Under the pieces are notes generated by a model. It did not search any database, was not told the origin of the DNA, and was given only the letters and a program-made list of their open reading frames with translations. DNA of 64,000 bases, taken from an uncultured archaeon. Its GTDB lineage: Archaea; Asgardarchaeota; Thorarchaeia; Thorarchaeales; Thorarchaeaceae. The stretch covers positions 32,001-96,000 of the forward strand of contig CAZLEV010000005.1 of NCBI GenBank assembly GCA_964558645.1, given 5' to 3'. Of the stretch, positions 19,914 through 30,697 are shown piece after piece (position 1 is the first letter of the stretch; each line of letters starts with the position of its first letter). Both the position numbers and the translations under genes were made by a program.

Positions 19914-21146
19914 TCACTCCTTAACCAGTCGTTGCGCAATAAAGACACTCAGATCATCGACTTCGATCGAGCTGCCGCCGCGAAACAGACTGGCTTCAAT
20001 CTGCGCCGTACACAGAGGGCAAGGCGTGACAATCCTTTCGGCATCCGAGGCGGTTATGCCCGTTACATTCTCTCTGGTGACTGCAGAGGCCACATCCTTA
20101 GAGTGGTACGCGACCAGTCCGCCACCACCGCAACATGAATCTGAAACACCAGATGATATGATTTCAACCCCAGGCACTGTATCGAGAAGGTCAAGTGCGT
20201 CTTGCATTGTCTGGCGTGATGTATGCCGAATGAGGTGACATGGATCGTGTACAGCCACCTTGAGACCGCTTCCATTCTCTGCCTGCATAGCAGAAACCAC
20301 TCGATCTAGACCTATCTCGTGTACGAGATACTCGACCATGTGATAAACAGGAATACCCCAATTATCACGTAGAGCAATGTCGTTGAGACTGGAAGTACAA
20401 CCTGCACAGGTTGTCACTATCTTTGATACTCCTCGTGACTTGACTTTCCTCTTCAGGTCTGCAACGAGGGCGCGTGCCGTATCATCATCGCCCATGAGTC
20501 GAGCAGGAAGACCGCAGCAATTGAATTCCTCGAGTAGCGTGTAGTCGACTTCGAAGTGCTCCAGAATCATTTTCCCAGCCTCTCTGACTTCTTGAGCCCG
20601 TTCTTCAGCCTGACAACCGGGATAGAATAAGACCTCGGCGCTGTCCTTGATTCGATTGGGAACAAACCTGAGACCAAGTCGTTCAGTTCGCATATCGCGA
20701 CTTGCCTCCTTCTCTTCAAGGTCATCCCAAGGCTCAAACGCGATATGGTGTTCTGTTAGAACCTCATGTACGCCGAAGAAACCCTTCGGCACAAGGTCGC
20801 GTCTGGTCTTGAATATCCGGGCCCTCACAATGTTCACTATCTCGGGCACATTCACGTTCTTGGGACAGACCTCTCGACAAGTTCCACAGCCCGTGCACAA
20901 GTAGATTGTGTCCGCTGTTGCCCAGTACTCAGGAGGCGCTCTTGTTAGTTGAACAGCAATACTCCTGGGTCCACTGAATCGATCAAGTCCAACCGAGGCG
21001 ACCACAGGACAGTGATTGATACAGAGGCCGCAGTTGATACAGTTCTCGATGGATTTCACCACCTCCAGCTCGTCACCGTGGAATGGAACAATTCCCTCTT
21101 CTTTCAGTGTGCCCTTGACAAATTCATAGGCTTCTTCTTCACTCAT
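19914..21146 (-). CDS. glpC: Anaerobic glycerol-3-phosphate dehydrogenase subunit C-like
   Basis: Two CxxCxxCxxxCP clusters plus CCG domains; follows glpAB. Confidence 0.8.
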   Translation of the reverse strand: MSEEEAYEFVKGTLKEEGIVPFHGDELEVVKSIENCINCGLCINHCPVVASVGLDRFSGPRSIAVQLTRAPPEYWATADTIYLCTGCGTCREVCPKNVNVPEIVNIVRARIFKTRRDLVPKGFFGVHEVLTEHHIAFEPWDDLEEKEASRDMRTERLGLRFVPNRIKDSAEVLFYPGCQAEERAQEVREAGKMILEHFEVDYTLLEEFNCCGLPARLMGDDDTARALVADLKRKVKSRGVSKIVTTCAGCTSSLNDIALRDNWGIPVYHMVEYLVHEIGLDRVVSAMQAENGSGLKVAVHDPCHLIRHTSRQTMQDALDLLDTVPGVEIISSGVSDSCCGGGGLVAYHSKDVASAVTRENVTGITASDAERIVTPCPLCTAQIEASLFRGGSSIEVDDLSVFIAQRLVKE

Positions 21147-21148
21147 TT

Positions 21149-22501
21149 CTAGCCCTCTTCCGAATTCTCAACTGCATTCATCCCTGCGGCAACACCGGTG
21201 GCCAAGGCCACACCTAGGCCGCTCTTCTCCACTGGATAGTTGTATCCAGCAAGAATACTACCAGCAGAGAAGAGATTCTCTGCAAATGGGCTTCCTGACT
21301 GGTCCAGTGGTCGCAGACAATCGTCGATAGCGATTCCACAGGCAAAGAGCCTGTGTCCTCTATTGTTGATTGATATGGGCCCTGTCAGCCTCTGGGGACG
21401 AAGACCACCTGTTGAAGCCCAGTCTTCTGAAACAACGGGTAGATCGAATATTGGTTCAGAGAGTCCATCCTCCGTACCAGAAATGCCTCCACCAACGAAC
21501 TTCCCGGTTGCCAAGACGACGGAACCCGGGAGAATGTCCAGTGAACGATGATGGGTCCTACATCGGACTCGCACCAGCTGATCATTTGACCTCTCATGGT
21601 CTATAGCTTCATGTGCCTCAAGAATGCGACCGCCACGACTCAAAAGATTGCTGTCAAGCGATTTCAATAGACGAAGGCCGGGTACAGAAGGTGGAAACGC
21701 CAGAAGCTCAAATACCTTCACGCTGAGCTGTTCCTCTAAATCACGATGAACCCGAGCTGGTGCCTTCAGACCCAAGACGGGCGGCAGAGCGACGTGTGTC
21801 ACTCCAATCCTCTCTACGTGAGGAAACAGCTCCTCTATGAGAGTATCAGGACCATTAGGATGATCCAGATGGCGGGCAATCTCAACGGATGATGCATTGT
21901 AGGGCTTCCCAAATGGAGCCACGCTCAACTCAACATCCGCAATCTTTCTGGGTGGATTGCCCAGTTGTAGTCTTTCTGCCACAAAACCCTTCGCAGCCAG
22001 GCAGGCATTGAAATCGGGATTGCCTGTGAATCCAGCAAAAAGAAGTGTGGAGTCATCATCCCAATCAGGAGGCACCATGGTCGTCTGAAGGAAACCTGTG
22101 GGTTTGGAAGACCCAAGCACTGTCACCGGCATGATATTTCGCTCCAATGACCCTGTAATCTCTGCAGGAGTCCCTAGGAGCCACTTCTTCAACATCGTGA
22201 CCGACTTCTCAACTCGTTCAAATGCTGAATCAGTACCAGCAGCCCCCCGGCCCAATACCGAATATGGATGATACGGGAACAGTCCAACTAATGCATGAAT
22301 GCCCTCACGTGCCGATTCAAAGGGCGTATTGCCTCCGGGCAGATAACCAGCAATATCAATGGCCCCCGACGAATCGGAGGTTGCGCCGTGTCCCTTACGA
22401 ACCACAGTAACGCTTGCCCCCGCTTCAGAAGCTACGCATGCCGCTGCAAGCCCAGCCATTCCTCCACCGATGACAAGAACATCGGTCTCAAGGTCCATCA
22501 T
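21149..22501 (-). CDS. glpB: Anaerobic glycerol-3-phosphate dehydrogenase subunit B
   Basis: GGGMAG, SSGAID, HPY, PPSVPGLRL, LATGKF.GGG, SGLGVA. Confidence 0.9.
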   Translation of the reverse strand: MMDLETDVLVIGGGMAGLAAACVASEAGASVTVVRKGHGATSDSSGAIDIAGYLPGGNTPFESAREGIHALVGLFPYHPYSVLGRGAAGTDSAFERVEKSVTMLKKWLLGTPAEITGSLERNIMPVTVLGSSKPTGFLQTTMVPPDWDDDSTLLFAGFTGNPDFNACLAAKGFVAERLQLGNPPRKIADVELSVAPFGKPYNASSVEIARHLDHPNGPDTLIEELFPHVERIGVTHVALPPVLGLKAPARVHRDLEEQLSVKVFELLAFPPSVPGLRLLKSLDSNLLSRGGRILEAHEAIDHERSNDQLVRVRCRTHHRSLDILPGSVVLATGKFVGGGISGTEDGLSEPIFDLPVVSEDWASTGGLRPQRLTGPISINNRGHRLFACGIAIDDCLRPLDQSGSPFAENLFSAGSILAGYNYPVEKSGLGVALATGVAAGMNAVENSEEG

Positions 22502-24156
22502 GCGTCCTCCTCCCACGGACTAGGCTCGTAGTCTGTTACTGTCCGATCCAAATTGGCCACACATGCATAGACACCTTGAACCAGCTCCTCCTGGGCAAGC
22601 TGTTCTCCCCGCATGGGCGGTCGCTTACCTTTCCATCGCTCAGCAAGGTAGTTCAGTATCTCAAGATAAGCAATCGGCGCATCCAAGTCATTCTCCTCTG
22701 CTAGAATCCCCGCAACCTTGAAGGTGCAGAAAGTTCCCTGACATGGTCCTGTTCCCACTCTCAGACGCCGCCTCAAGTCATTGATGGTCTGTGGAAACTC
22801 GTTGCGTATGCTGTAGCGGAGCTCAGCCTCGATAACCGGTTCACATGTGCAGATGGTGCTTTTCCATGAGGGGTGACCTCGTGTGAGTTCGAGGACTTCC
22901 TCTGTTTCGGTTCCTCGCCTTGCCCTCATTCTCTCAACGGTGTGTTGAGAAACACCGTACTTCTCGGCAAGGGCAAGAACGTCAACATCACCCTCATTCC
23001 CGGGCAGAGGCTCCTTGTGGGTTCGACAATCGGTCTCAATTCCGAGTTTTTGGCAGACCATATCGGTCACATCTTCGGCCATCTGGCGGCACATGACAAG
23101 CTTGCCCCCTGTAAAACTCAGCAGGCCCGAAACACCGTCTGTGCCATGATCCACAATCTCATATCCACGAGTCACATCATCTTCAGGAACCTTCCAGTCA
23201 GCAATGAGCGGCCGGACTCCTTCCATCGTCCGTATTATCCTGGCATCCCTGATAGAAGGTACTACCCACTCGATGCTCTTGAGCAGATACTCAATCTCAT
23301 CGTAAGACGTAGTCAACGTATCGGGGTCTTCCCATGTGTCAAGTGCAGTAGTTCCCAGCAACACTGTATTCTCATGAGGGAAGAGGTAGATCATACGCCC
23401 ATCAACGGCCTTGGTGACTACGCCAACATTGACCACTCTTCTATCGAGGATGACATGAGCACCTTTGTTCAACCGTAGTTCGAGTGGCACCTCTGCAAGA
23501 GCTGCAATCTTGTGCGCCCAGGGGCCTGCAGCATTCACGACAATGGCTGATGTGAACGAGGTGACCTCTCCAGTTGTTCTGTCGAATACCTTGACGCCTT
23601 GAATCTTCCCATCAGCCACCAGTATCTCCGTGACTTCGCAGTAGGTCTTGACATCGGCTCCACGTTGTCTTGCATCCAACGCCTGAAGCAGACACAGTCT
23701 GAAGGGGTCGATGAAGAACTCCTCGAAGTACATAGAAGCAATAATCTCTGGATTGAGCATCGGTTCGATCTCAAGAGAATCCTCCGGTGTCAGGAACAGG
23801 ACAGGTGGGACATCTCTCTCCGCAGCTCTCTTTGAGTATTCCTCTGCAAAGTTTCCCCCGGTTGAGAGGTCACTCATCTGAAGCATCGGTGTTAGAATCG
23901 GGTTCTTTGCGATGATGTGTCGTGCGATACGGTTCAAGTGAACCACTTCAGCAGAACACATGTCCACAATCTCAGGCTCCTCCATATACTTGAGACCCGA
24001 CGAAATCATACCAGCACAGGTTCCTACGGTAGCTGAGGCGATGTCATCACGCTCGAGTAACAAGGTCCTAAGACCTCGCATGGCGCAATCTCGGGCCACG
24101 GCTGTTCCTGTACTACCACCGCCAATGATGATAACATCATAGTCGTATTTGGTCAT
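22498..24156 (-). CDS. glpA: Anaerobic glycerol-3-phosphate dehydrogenase subunit A
   Basis: GGGSTG.AVARDCAMRG, VNAAGPWA, GVRPL, GGKL, C-terminal CTCE..GPCQGTFC. Confidence 0.92.
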   Translation of the reverse strand: MTKYDYDVIIIGGGSTGTAVARDCAMRGLRTLLLERDDIASATVGTCAGMISSGLKYMEEPEIVDMCSAEVVHLNRIARHIIAKNPILTPMLQMSDLSTGGNFAEEYSKRAAERDVPPVLFLTPEDSLEIEPMLNPEIIASMYFEEFFIDPFRLCLLQALDARQRGADVKTYCEVTEILVADGKIQGVKVFDRTTGEVTSFTSAIVVNAAGPWAHKIAALAEVPLELRLNKGAHVILDRRVVNVGVVTKAVDGRMIYLFPHENTVLLGTTALDTWEDPDTLTTSYDEIEYLLKSIEWVVPSIRDARIIRTMEGVRPLIADWKVPEDDVTRGYEIVDHGTDGVSGLLSFTGGKLVMCRQMAEDVTDMVCQKLGIETDCRTHKEPLPGNEGDVDVLALAEKYGVSQHTVERMRARRGTETEEVLELTRGHPSWKSTICTCEPVIEAELRYSIRNEFPQTINDLRRRLRVGTGPCQGTFCTFKVAGILAEENDLDAPIAYLEILNYLAERWKGKRPPMRGEQLAQEELVQGVYACVANLDRTVTDYEPSPWEEDA

Positions 24157-24372
24157 AAATGGCTCATTCTCCGGTTGGCTTGAACTCGTTACCAGAACCT
24201 CTGTGAATCAGAATGAATCTCTCAACCAATACAACTCTTTCGGAATAGATACGTCAAACACCCATCGCATCTGAGTTGATAAGGAGAAACAAGATAGATT
24301 AAAAGAGCCAAGCCGTGGTTGCGGCTCTGAAAACCGGGGAAGAAACCGAGCCTTCTTGGAGGTAGATCACCA

Positions 24373-24618
24373 ATGCCAACGTACAATCTAGGCACGCTAA
24401 CCATAACCGAACATGATGCCGAGAAGCTGACTATCGCTTTAGGAATCCCAGAGGAGAGGTTCGGACAGCTTGTAGAAATCTCGCGCAGCGCCTGGGAGTT
24501 TGAGGACACCATCAGTAAACGCATCGAATGGCTTGCCGAAAGACTGACTGGCTCAGAACTGGTATTCGCTTTAGTTTTCCTCGGTCGATTCTGGGGAGAC
24601 ACAGCAGAAGAAGACTAG
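24373..24618 (+). CDS. Small hypothetical protein
   Basis: GGAGGT SD 8 nt upstream; protein-like. Confidence 0.7.
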   Translation: MPTYNLGTLTITEHDAEKLTIALGIPEERFGQLVEISRSAWEFEDTISKRIEWLAERLTGSELVFALVFLGRFWGDTAEED

Positions 24619-24665
24619 AGTGCTCTTCTTCTGAGAGCAGTCTCAGATCAGTGTTAGCACTATGA

Positions 24666-26126
24666 TCATGAGGTGAGAGCCAGTATGTCGGGCATCTCGG
24701 CAATCATGAGCTTGTTGAAGACCGTAAACAGATGGCTGTAGGTCTCAACGTTTTCGGGAATGGATTCGCGCTTCTCTTCAATCTTGAACATATTGGAGCT
24801 TGCCTCTGCAAAAGAACCGTATACTCCAGATCCAACGGCACCCAGTATCGCGGCCCCAATCACAGTAGAGTCCCGAGACCTTGGAAGAACCACCTTCTTA
24901 CCCGTACAGTCGGCCATGATTTGTCGCCACAATGTAGAGTTGGCCCCGCCCCCGTCAACACGGAGCTCATCATATTCAATCTCAAGCATGCCCTCCATCA
25001 TCTCCAGATACATCCGTATGCCGTAGCCGTTTGCCTCCATAATCGCTCGTGCCACATGTGCTTTTGTGTGACCAAAGCCAAGGTTGTAGATTATCCCCTT
25101 ATTATAGGCCATGAAAGGAAACACAACAAGACCGTCACTTCCTGCAGGTATCTGGCTTGCACTTGACTCGATAAGGTCGTAGACGTCCTGATTGCTTCTG
25201 GCGGCCAGATCCATCTCTCGCTGACAGTAGTTGTCTCGGTACCATTTGTATGCCAACCCTGTACCAGGAATGACGCCCTCAAGAATCCATTTGCCAGGAA
25301 TAGCAGAGGGATTGCTGAACATGACATAAGGATCTTCAATATGGTCGTCGGTATGCGTTATCACAAATGTGCCAGTTCCTGTGGTTGCTTTCACAATCCC
25401 AGGCTTGATAGTACCGGTGCCCAGTGCAGAACACTGCTGGTCCCCACTTCCCATGATGACTACTGTGCCCTTTCGAAGACCCGTGGCATCTGCCGCCGCC
25501 CCGGTCACATCCCCAATGACTCTTCCCGGGGAGGATATCTCAGCAAGCTTATCCATTGGAATTCCCGTCAACTCGCAGAGATCTTCGGACCATTCCAGCG
25601 ATGAGTGGTCAATGGGGCCAAATCTTGCGTTAGCAGGTTCCGTGAGCATCTGACCACATAGACGATGATTGATGAAGGCATCGAGTGTCACGAATTTGTG
25701 TGCCTTGCCAAAAATCTCTGGCCGGTTCTCTGCGAACCACATCATCTTATTGACGCTCTTTCGGGGCCCTATCTCTTCGGCCATCTGTTTGGCCTTCTCA
25801 GTTGACCTGTTGTCAACCCAAGTGACAGTTGGAGCAAGGGGGTCGCCGTTCTTGTCCACCGGCGTTATGCAGTCGCGCGTCGTTGCCACTACTACGCCCA
25901 CTACTGCATCAGCACCCGAATCATAGTCAGAGAGTGCTCTCTGCATCGTATTGCATGCTGCTCTCCAATATGTTTCAGTTAGCTGCTCGTGTGTCTTCAG
26001 AGTTCGCGGGATTGGAGGATATTCCTCATATTCCTTGGCCAACTCACGACCCTCTTCATCCACAAGGCAAGACCTTGTACCTGTGGTTCCAATGTCGAAA
26101 ACAGCAAAAACCCTCTGACTCATCAT
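24666..26126 (-). CDS. FGGY-family carbohydrate kinase (xylulokinase/glycerol kinase-like)
   Basis: DIGTTG, WVDNR, GDQQ, GTG, DGGGA, GAAILG. Confidence 0.92.
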   Translation of the reverse strand: MMSQRVFAVFDIGTTGTRSCLVDEEGRELAKEYEEYPPIPRTLKTHEQLTETYWRAACNTMQRALSDYDSGADAVVGVVVATTRDCITPVDKNGDPLAPTVTWVDNRSTEKAKQMAEEIGPRKSVNKMMWFAENRPEIFGKAHKFVTLDAFINHRLCGQMLTEPANARFGPIDHSSLEWSEDLCELTGIPMDKLAEISSPGRVIGDVTGAAADATGLRKGTVVIMGSGDQQCSALGTGTIKPGIVKATTGTGTFVITHTDDHIEDPYVMFSNPSAIPGKWILEGVIPGTGLAYKWYRDNYCQREMDLAARSNQDVYDLIESSASQIPAGSDGLVVFPFMAYNKGIIYNLGFGHTKAHVARAIMEANGYGIRMYLEMMEGMLEIEYDELRVDGGGANSTLWRQIMADCTGKKVVLPRSRDSTVIGAAILGAVGSGVYGSFAEASSNMFKIEEKRESIPENVETYSHLFTVFNKLMIAEMPDILALTS

Positions 26127-26223
26127 GTTCACCAGGCTATGTTATGGTATAGAATCAGTACGAGCCCCCAATATGAATCAACCGCCAGAGATATTATCAG
26201 CACATAGAGATGATACTCTCCCG

Positions 26224-27165
26224 ATGCCCCCATACGATATCCACAAAGAGGTTCTTAGCGGAGTACACTTGATACGAGGCGCGGATAGAGCCAGATTCCC
26301 GCAGGCAAACTCGCTATTGATCGATGACGAGGTTCTAACCCTCATAGACGCAGGAGCCGAATTACATCATATTGAAAAAACCCTGCATGCTCTGGGTCAC
26401 GAGTTGAGGGATATTGAACGGATAGTCCTGACCCACTTTCATATCGATCACAAGGGCCATGCAGAAGAAATCAGGCAGGTCGCTGATTGTGAAGTTATTT
26501 GTCATCCCAGCGGGGAGAAGGGAGTGACAACCTTCGAGGGAATGGTTGAGTTCTATGGCATCTCGGGGCACGAATACTTCGATGAGTGGGAGTCCTACCT
26601 GAAGAATCGGTTGCCACACGTGACTTCAGACTATGTAGTGACTGGCTTCTTTGAGGACGGAGACCGAATCAACTGTGGGGCCGTCGACCTTGTCGCAATG
26701 CATACTCCGGGTCACACCTTAGACCATACGTGTTTTGGCATAGGTGAAACCAAGACTGTCTTCCTTGTTGACATCGATTTGACCAAGTTCGGGGCGTGGT
26801 ATGGGAACATTGTGAGTGATATCGATGACTTCCGCAGGTCAATTCAAAGGATTATTGACCATAGGCCCGTGATGGGGATCAGTAGCCATTTGCTCGAACC
26901 CGTGACCGACGGCCTACTTGAACGCCTGTACGACTACTTGCTTGACCTCGACAGGCGAGAGAGGAGAATCTTGAAGGCAATAGACGATGGATATGATACC
27001 ATAGAGAAGCTGAAGAATCGTCCAACTATCTACCCGCGGATTCCTCACAAGCTCTTCTACATCTTTGAGGAGTTCATGTTGAAGAAACACATCTCGGAAC
27101 TCACTGCTAGAGGTCTTGTTGAGAAGGATAATGACAAGATCCTTCTGACACATAAAGAGAGATGA
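26224..27165 (+). CDS. Metallo-beta-lactamase fold hydrolase
   Basis: THFHIDH, HTPGHT, D, SSH. Confidence 0.9.
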   Translation: MPPYDIHKEVLSGVHLIRGADRARFPQANSLLIDDEVLTLIDAGAELHHIEKTLHALGHELRDIERIVLTHFHIDHKGHAEEIRQVADCEVICHPSGEKGVTTFEGMVEFYGISGHEYFDEWESYLKNRLPHVTSDYVVTGFFEDGDRINCGAVDLVAMHTPGHTLDHTCFGIGETKTVFLVDIDLTKFGAWYGNIVSDIDDFRRSIQRIIDHRPVMGISSHLLEPVTDGLLERLYDYLLDLDRRERRILKAIDDGYDTIEKLKNRPTIYPRIPHKLFYIFEEFMLKKHISELTARGLVEKDNDKILLTHKER

Positions 27166-27193
27166 GCTCAAGAAGAGCTCATCGTCTGAGCAG

Positions 27194-27979
27194 TCACTTG
27201 TGTTTGAACTCAGGCTTTCGCTTCTCCAAGAAAGCGTCCACGCCTTCTTCCATGTCCTCGGTATCGAATGTCTTGCAGAAGACATCCACTTCAAAGTCGA
27301 GGTTGTCGCCCAATGGCAGTGTCCACGCCCTGTTGAGTGATGCCTTAGCGAAGTCTAATGCGACACCCGCCTTCTGAGCTAGCTTCTTGGCAAGTGCCTC
27401 TGTGGCCTCGTACAGCGATTCACAATCATCAAAGACCTTGTTGACCAGGCCTATTCGATAAGCCTCTTGGGCATCTATCTGATCTCCGGTGTAGACCAGT
27501 TCCTTGGCCAGGCCTAGCCCGACCAGTCTCGGAAGCCTCACTGTTCCCCCGAATCCGGGTATGATTCCAAGGTTGATCTCAGGTTGCCCGAACTTGGCAT
27601 TAGCCGATGCATATCGGATATCGCACGACATTGCAATCTCACAGCCACCGCCCAAAGCAAAGCCATTGACTGCTGCAATGATTGGCTTGGACATGGACTC
27701 AATATACTTGCACAGATTCTGCCCATTCTCAGCCAAGGGTCGTACGCTGGCCGAGTCTTTGCCTTTGAATTCAGAGATGTCAGCACCAGCAGCAAAGGCC
27801 TTCTCCCCTGCTCCTGTCAAGACCACAACACGCACAGAATCGTCCGCTTCTGCATTCTTCATCAGATCGGTTATCTTTTTGACCACAGCAGAGTTCAATG
27901 CATTGTACTTCATCGGTCGGTTGATAGTGATAGTTGCGACTCCAGAATCTGCCTTGTATAGAACGTCATCCTCTGTCAT
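27194..27979 (-). CDS. Enoyl-CoA hydratase (crotonase)
   Basis: AAGADI, ALGGGCE, GQPE, PGFGGT. Confidence 0.95.
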   Translation of the reverse strand: MTEDDVLYKADSGVATITINRPMKYNALNSAVVKKITDLMKNAEADDSVRVVVLTGAGEKAFAAGADISEFKGKDSASVRPLAENGQNLCKYIESMSKPIIAAVNGFALGGGCEIAMSCDIRYASANAKFGQPEINLGIIPGFGGTVRLPRLVGLGLAKELVYTGDQIDAQEAYRIGLVNKVFDDCESLYEATEALAKKLAQKAGVALDFAKASLNRAWTLPLGDNLDFEVDVFCKTFDTEDMEEGVDAFLEKRKPEFKHK

Positions 27980-28136
27980 TTTCCACTCCTCTTCGAGATT
28001 ACAGGCAAGAACCCTGTTTTACCGGGTAATAAGGCTTCGCGACAAGTTCTTGGAACATGTGTTCTAACACCTATGGCCAGATTTATGTATCGGTTTGGAA
28101 CGAACGGAAGAATAAGAGAAAACAGGGTGATAAGAG

Positions 28137-28496
28137 ATGTACCAGACGAGAAGGCAACAGGTCTGGAAAGACTCGCTGCTCGCAATGAAGAAAGCCATTG
28201 AGTCAACATACAGGTTGCGGACATCGGCGTCTGAACAGGAGCTGTTCGTCGACGCCTGGCACCCGGAATGCGCCGGCCGAGAACAAGACATCGTCTTTTG
28301 TGGCTATCGGAGAAATGAAGGCTGGCGACGGATGCGGGATATTACTCAGATTATTGACGAAACAATCGGGGAGCTGGACTCTTGCGACGTTAGGAGTGGA
28401 ACCGCCCTCTACCTTCAGACCCTGCGTGATGTGGCTCTGTTCTCCAAGTGGTCGAAGATTCTTGAAACGTCAGCAATAGAGAAAAAGAGTGAGTGA
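28137..28496 (+). CDS. Hypothetical protein
   Basis: GGGTGA SD; ends at a convergent hairpin. Confidence 0.65.
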   Translation: MYQTRRQQVWKDSLLAMKKAIESTYRLRTSASEQELFVDAWHPECAGREQDIVFCGYRRNEGWRRMRDITQIIDETIGELDSCDVRSGTALYLQTLRDVALFSKWSKILETSAIEKKSE

Positions 28497-28514
28497 AGGG
28501 GAAACCCCCTTCAT
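28493..28514. terminator. Hairpin between convergent genes
   Basis: TGAAGGGG AAAC CCCCTTCA inverted repeat. Confidence 0.55.
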
Positions 28515-28518
28515 TGAA

Positions 28519-28950
28519 CTAGACAAGCCACTTGTAGGTGATCTTTTTCGAGTCAACGGACTCTTCGATCGTTTCAAAGCCGAGTTTCAGGGCCATTCCA
28601 ACTTCTGGCTGACTCATGAGGTTCGTGATATGTGCTGTCAGACGTAGTCCAGAGGGAAACTCTCCTATGCCCACAACATAGGGGGCACGTGAAGACATGC
28701 TCTCTGGCGGGAAGTCTACTATCACATAGCTGTAGAGTGTCGCCTCTCGCTCGGTGAACTCCTTGAGCTCGGACTTAGTCATGCATTTCTGGCAATATTC
28801 GCGTGGGGGAAGATACTCAGTGTTACACTCCGGACACACGCTCTTCATGATCTTCTTGTCGTCCAGTGCCGACAAGAACTTCCGATAGAATGGTGTGACG
28901 GCTTTGTCAGTCGTATAACCCAGATAGATGTCTTTGTCTTTTTCAGTCAT
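28519..28950 (-). CDS. DUF35 Zn-ribbon/OB-fold thiolase partner
   Basis: CPEC..YLPPREYCQKC, PYVVG; coupled to the thiolase. Confidence 0.9.
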   Translation of the reverse strand: MTEKDKDIYLGYTTDKAVTPFYRKFLSALDDKKIMKSVCPECNTEYLPPREYCQKCMTKSELKEFTEREATLYSYVIVDFPPESMSSRAPYVVGIGEFPSGLRLTAHITNLMSQPEVGMALKLGFETIEESVDSKKITYKWLV

Positions 28951-28952
28951 GC

Positions 28953-30119
28953 TTACCAACCCCTCTCAAAGATGAAGACATTGACGAACTGTCCGGATTG
29001 ACCCACATTGTGGGCCAGTCCCAGCTTAACATCGTCAATCTGCCGAGATGGCTCCTCAGATTCCCCTCTCATCTGCTTCATTATTTCATATGTCATGGAT
29101 ACGCCTGTCGCACCAAGCGGATGGCCTTTGCTCTTCAGACCTCCGTCGCAGTTGACCGGTATCTTGCCATCATGATAGACTTCCTTGTTCTCGATGAGCT
29201 CGCGACCTTTGCCGGGTTCTGCGAAACCAAGGTCTTCGTAGGCTATCAACTCGGCAATCGTGAAGCAGTCGTGCACTTCTGCCATATTAATATCCTTGGG
29301 CTCGACACCAGCCATCTTGTAAGCGGCCTTGGCTGCTCTCTTCGCTCCAGGTATCGATGTCAGACTCTCACGGCTCTGGATCATCATCGAGGAAGCTCCC
29401 GCACCAATGCCCTTAATCCACATGGGTTCGTCTGTGAATTCCTTCACTCTGTCTTCCGCCGCAATTACAACGGCCGCCGCACCATCACTAATGAGAGAAC
29501 AGTCGTAGAGATTGAGAGGTCTGCAGATTGGAATGGCATTGTTTGCCTCCTCAAGAGATACTTCTCGAGGAAGATGTGCCTTTGGGTTCTGGGCTCCATA
29601 GTGATGGGACTTAACTGCAATCTTCGACAGAACCTCATGAGGCAAGTCGTACTCCGCCATATATCTCGAGGCCATCAATGCATAGAAGGCGGGGAATGAG
29701 ATCCCATAGGGGTATTCCCAGCGCATGTCTCCGGCCTGACTCATATATTCCGTGGCAGTGGATGACGAAACACGATTCATCTGTTCGACACCAAGTACAA
29801 GCATCACATCATACAGGCCTGAAGCTACCATTCCCCACGCCGCCCGTAAGGAAGCGGTGCCGGTAGTGCACGCAGATTCCACTCTCAGATGCGGTTTGTC
29901 ATGAAGACCCAGATAGTCCGCAATCAGGGCAGAGCCTGCTCCCTGACCCGTGAATTGGGATGCCGCATAGGAGAGAACAGTCGCATCAATCATGTCTTGA
30001 GTTATTCCTGCATCATAGATCGGCTTGTAGGCCTCTGCAGTCAGTTCACGCATCGTTGCGTCTAGACGCTTACCGAACTTCGCATGGCCTCCAGCTACAA
30101 CAGCTACTTTTCTCGCCAT
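28953..30119 (-). CDS. Thiolase (acetyl-CoA acetyltransferase, SCP-x type)
   Basis: ESAC, DGAAA, EVHDCF, GHPLGATG, HNVG. Confidence 0.95.
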   Translation of the reverse strand: MARKVAVVAGGHAKFGKRLDATMRELTAEAYKPIYDAGITQDMIDATVLSYAASQFTGQGAGSALIADYLGLHDKPHLRVESACTTGTASLRAAWGMVASGLYDVMLVLGVEQMNRVSSSTATEYMSQAGDMRWEYPYGISFPAFYALMASRYMAEYDLPHEVLSKIAVKSHHYGAQNPKAHLPREVSLEEANNAIPICRPLNLYDCSLISDGAAAVVIAAEDRVKEFTDEPMWIKGIGAGASSMMIQSRESLTSIPGAKRAAKAAYKMAGVEPKDINMAEVHDCFTIAELIAYEDLGFAEPGKGRELIENKEVYHDGKIPVNCDGGLKSKGHPLGATGVSMTYEIMKQMRGESEEPSRQIDDVKLGLAHNVGQSGQFVNVFIFERGW

Positions 30120-30356
30120 TTTTTCTACCTCCATGGGCAACTCAGCTCGTGCCCCGGATATGTGATTATAGAGTTACGCTAGGTTTGAAGGGGAGGTCTT
30201 AAGGTTGACGGAAGGTCATATGCGGCCAATCTACACAGTCCGTTCTCAGCACCTGCTGATGTCCCGATGCCACGTGTGGCCACACAGCATGGAAGAACAG
30301 TCACCATAGAAACGCAACAGTGAAGTACATAAGAATAATCTAGTTGGCCGAACATC

Positions 30357-30692
30357 ATGGTCAAACCACCTCGATACCAAGCAATGGACAATGCACGCCA
30401 GCACGAGATTCCAGCTGCATTTGAAAGACACAAAAGTGCGGAGTTCCGGATGAAGAAGATAGAACCAAGAGAACCAAAAGAGAGAATTCCAGGTCCTCTA
30501 CCTAGACCGACCTTCCAAGTTCTGGACACGAAGGGAAACTTGGCAGCGTTCTTTCATCCAAGCGGGCATGCAGAGTGCAGAGATGAGTCTTTCAGAGCAA
30601 TCTTTGACAGGATGCAAAGAAACATCGAAAGAGCCGCAAATAAAGCCCTAGATGATTTCGAAAAGAGCCAAAAGAGACTGAAGGAAAAATAG
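30357..30692 (+). CDS. Hypothetical protein
   Basis: ORF convergent with the crotonase, hairpin after the stop. Confidence 0.65.
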   Translation: MVKPPRYQAMDNARQHEIPAAFERHKSAEFRMKKIEPREPKERIPGPLPRPTFQVLDTKGNLAAFFHPSGHAECRDESFRAIFDRMQRNIERAANKALDDFEKSQKRLKEK

Positions 30693-30697
30693 TGGGA

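Noticed and set aside
22873-23478. Long antisense ORFs (also 28998-29699, 31028-31642, 48519-49130)
   Set aside because: Shadow frames of well-supported genes on the opposite strand.
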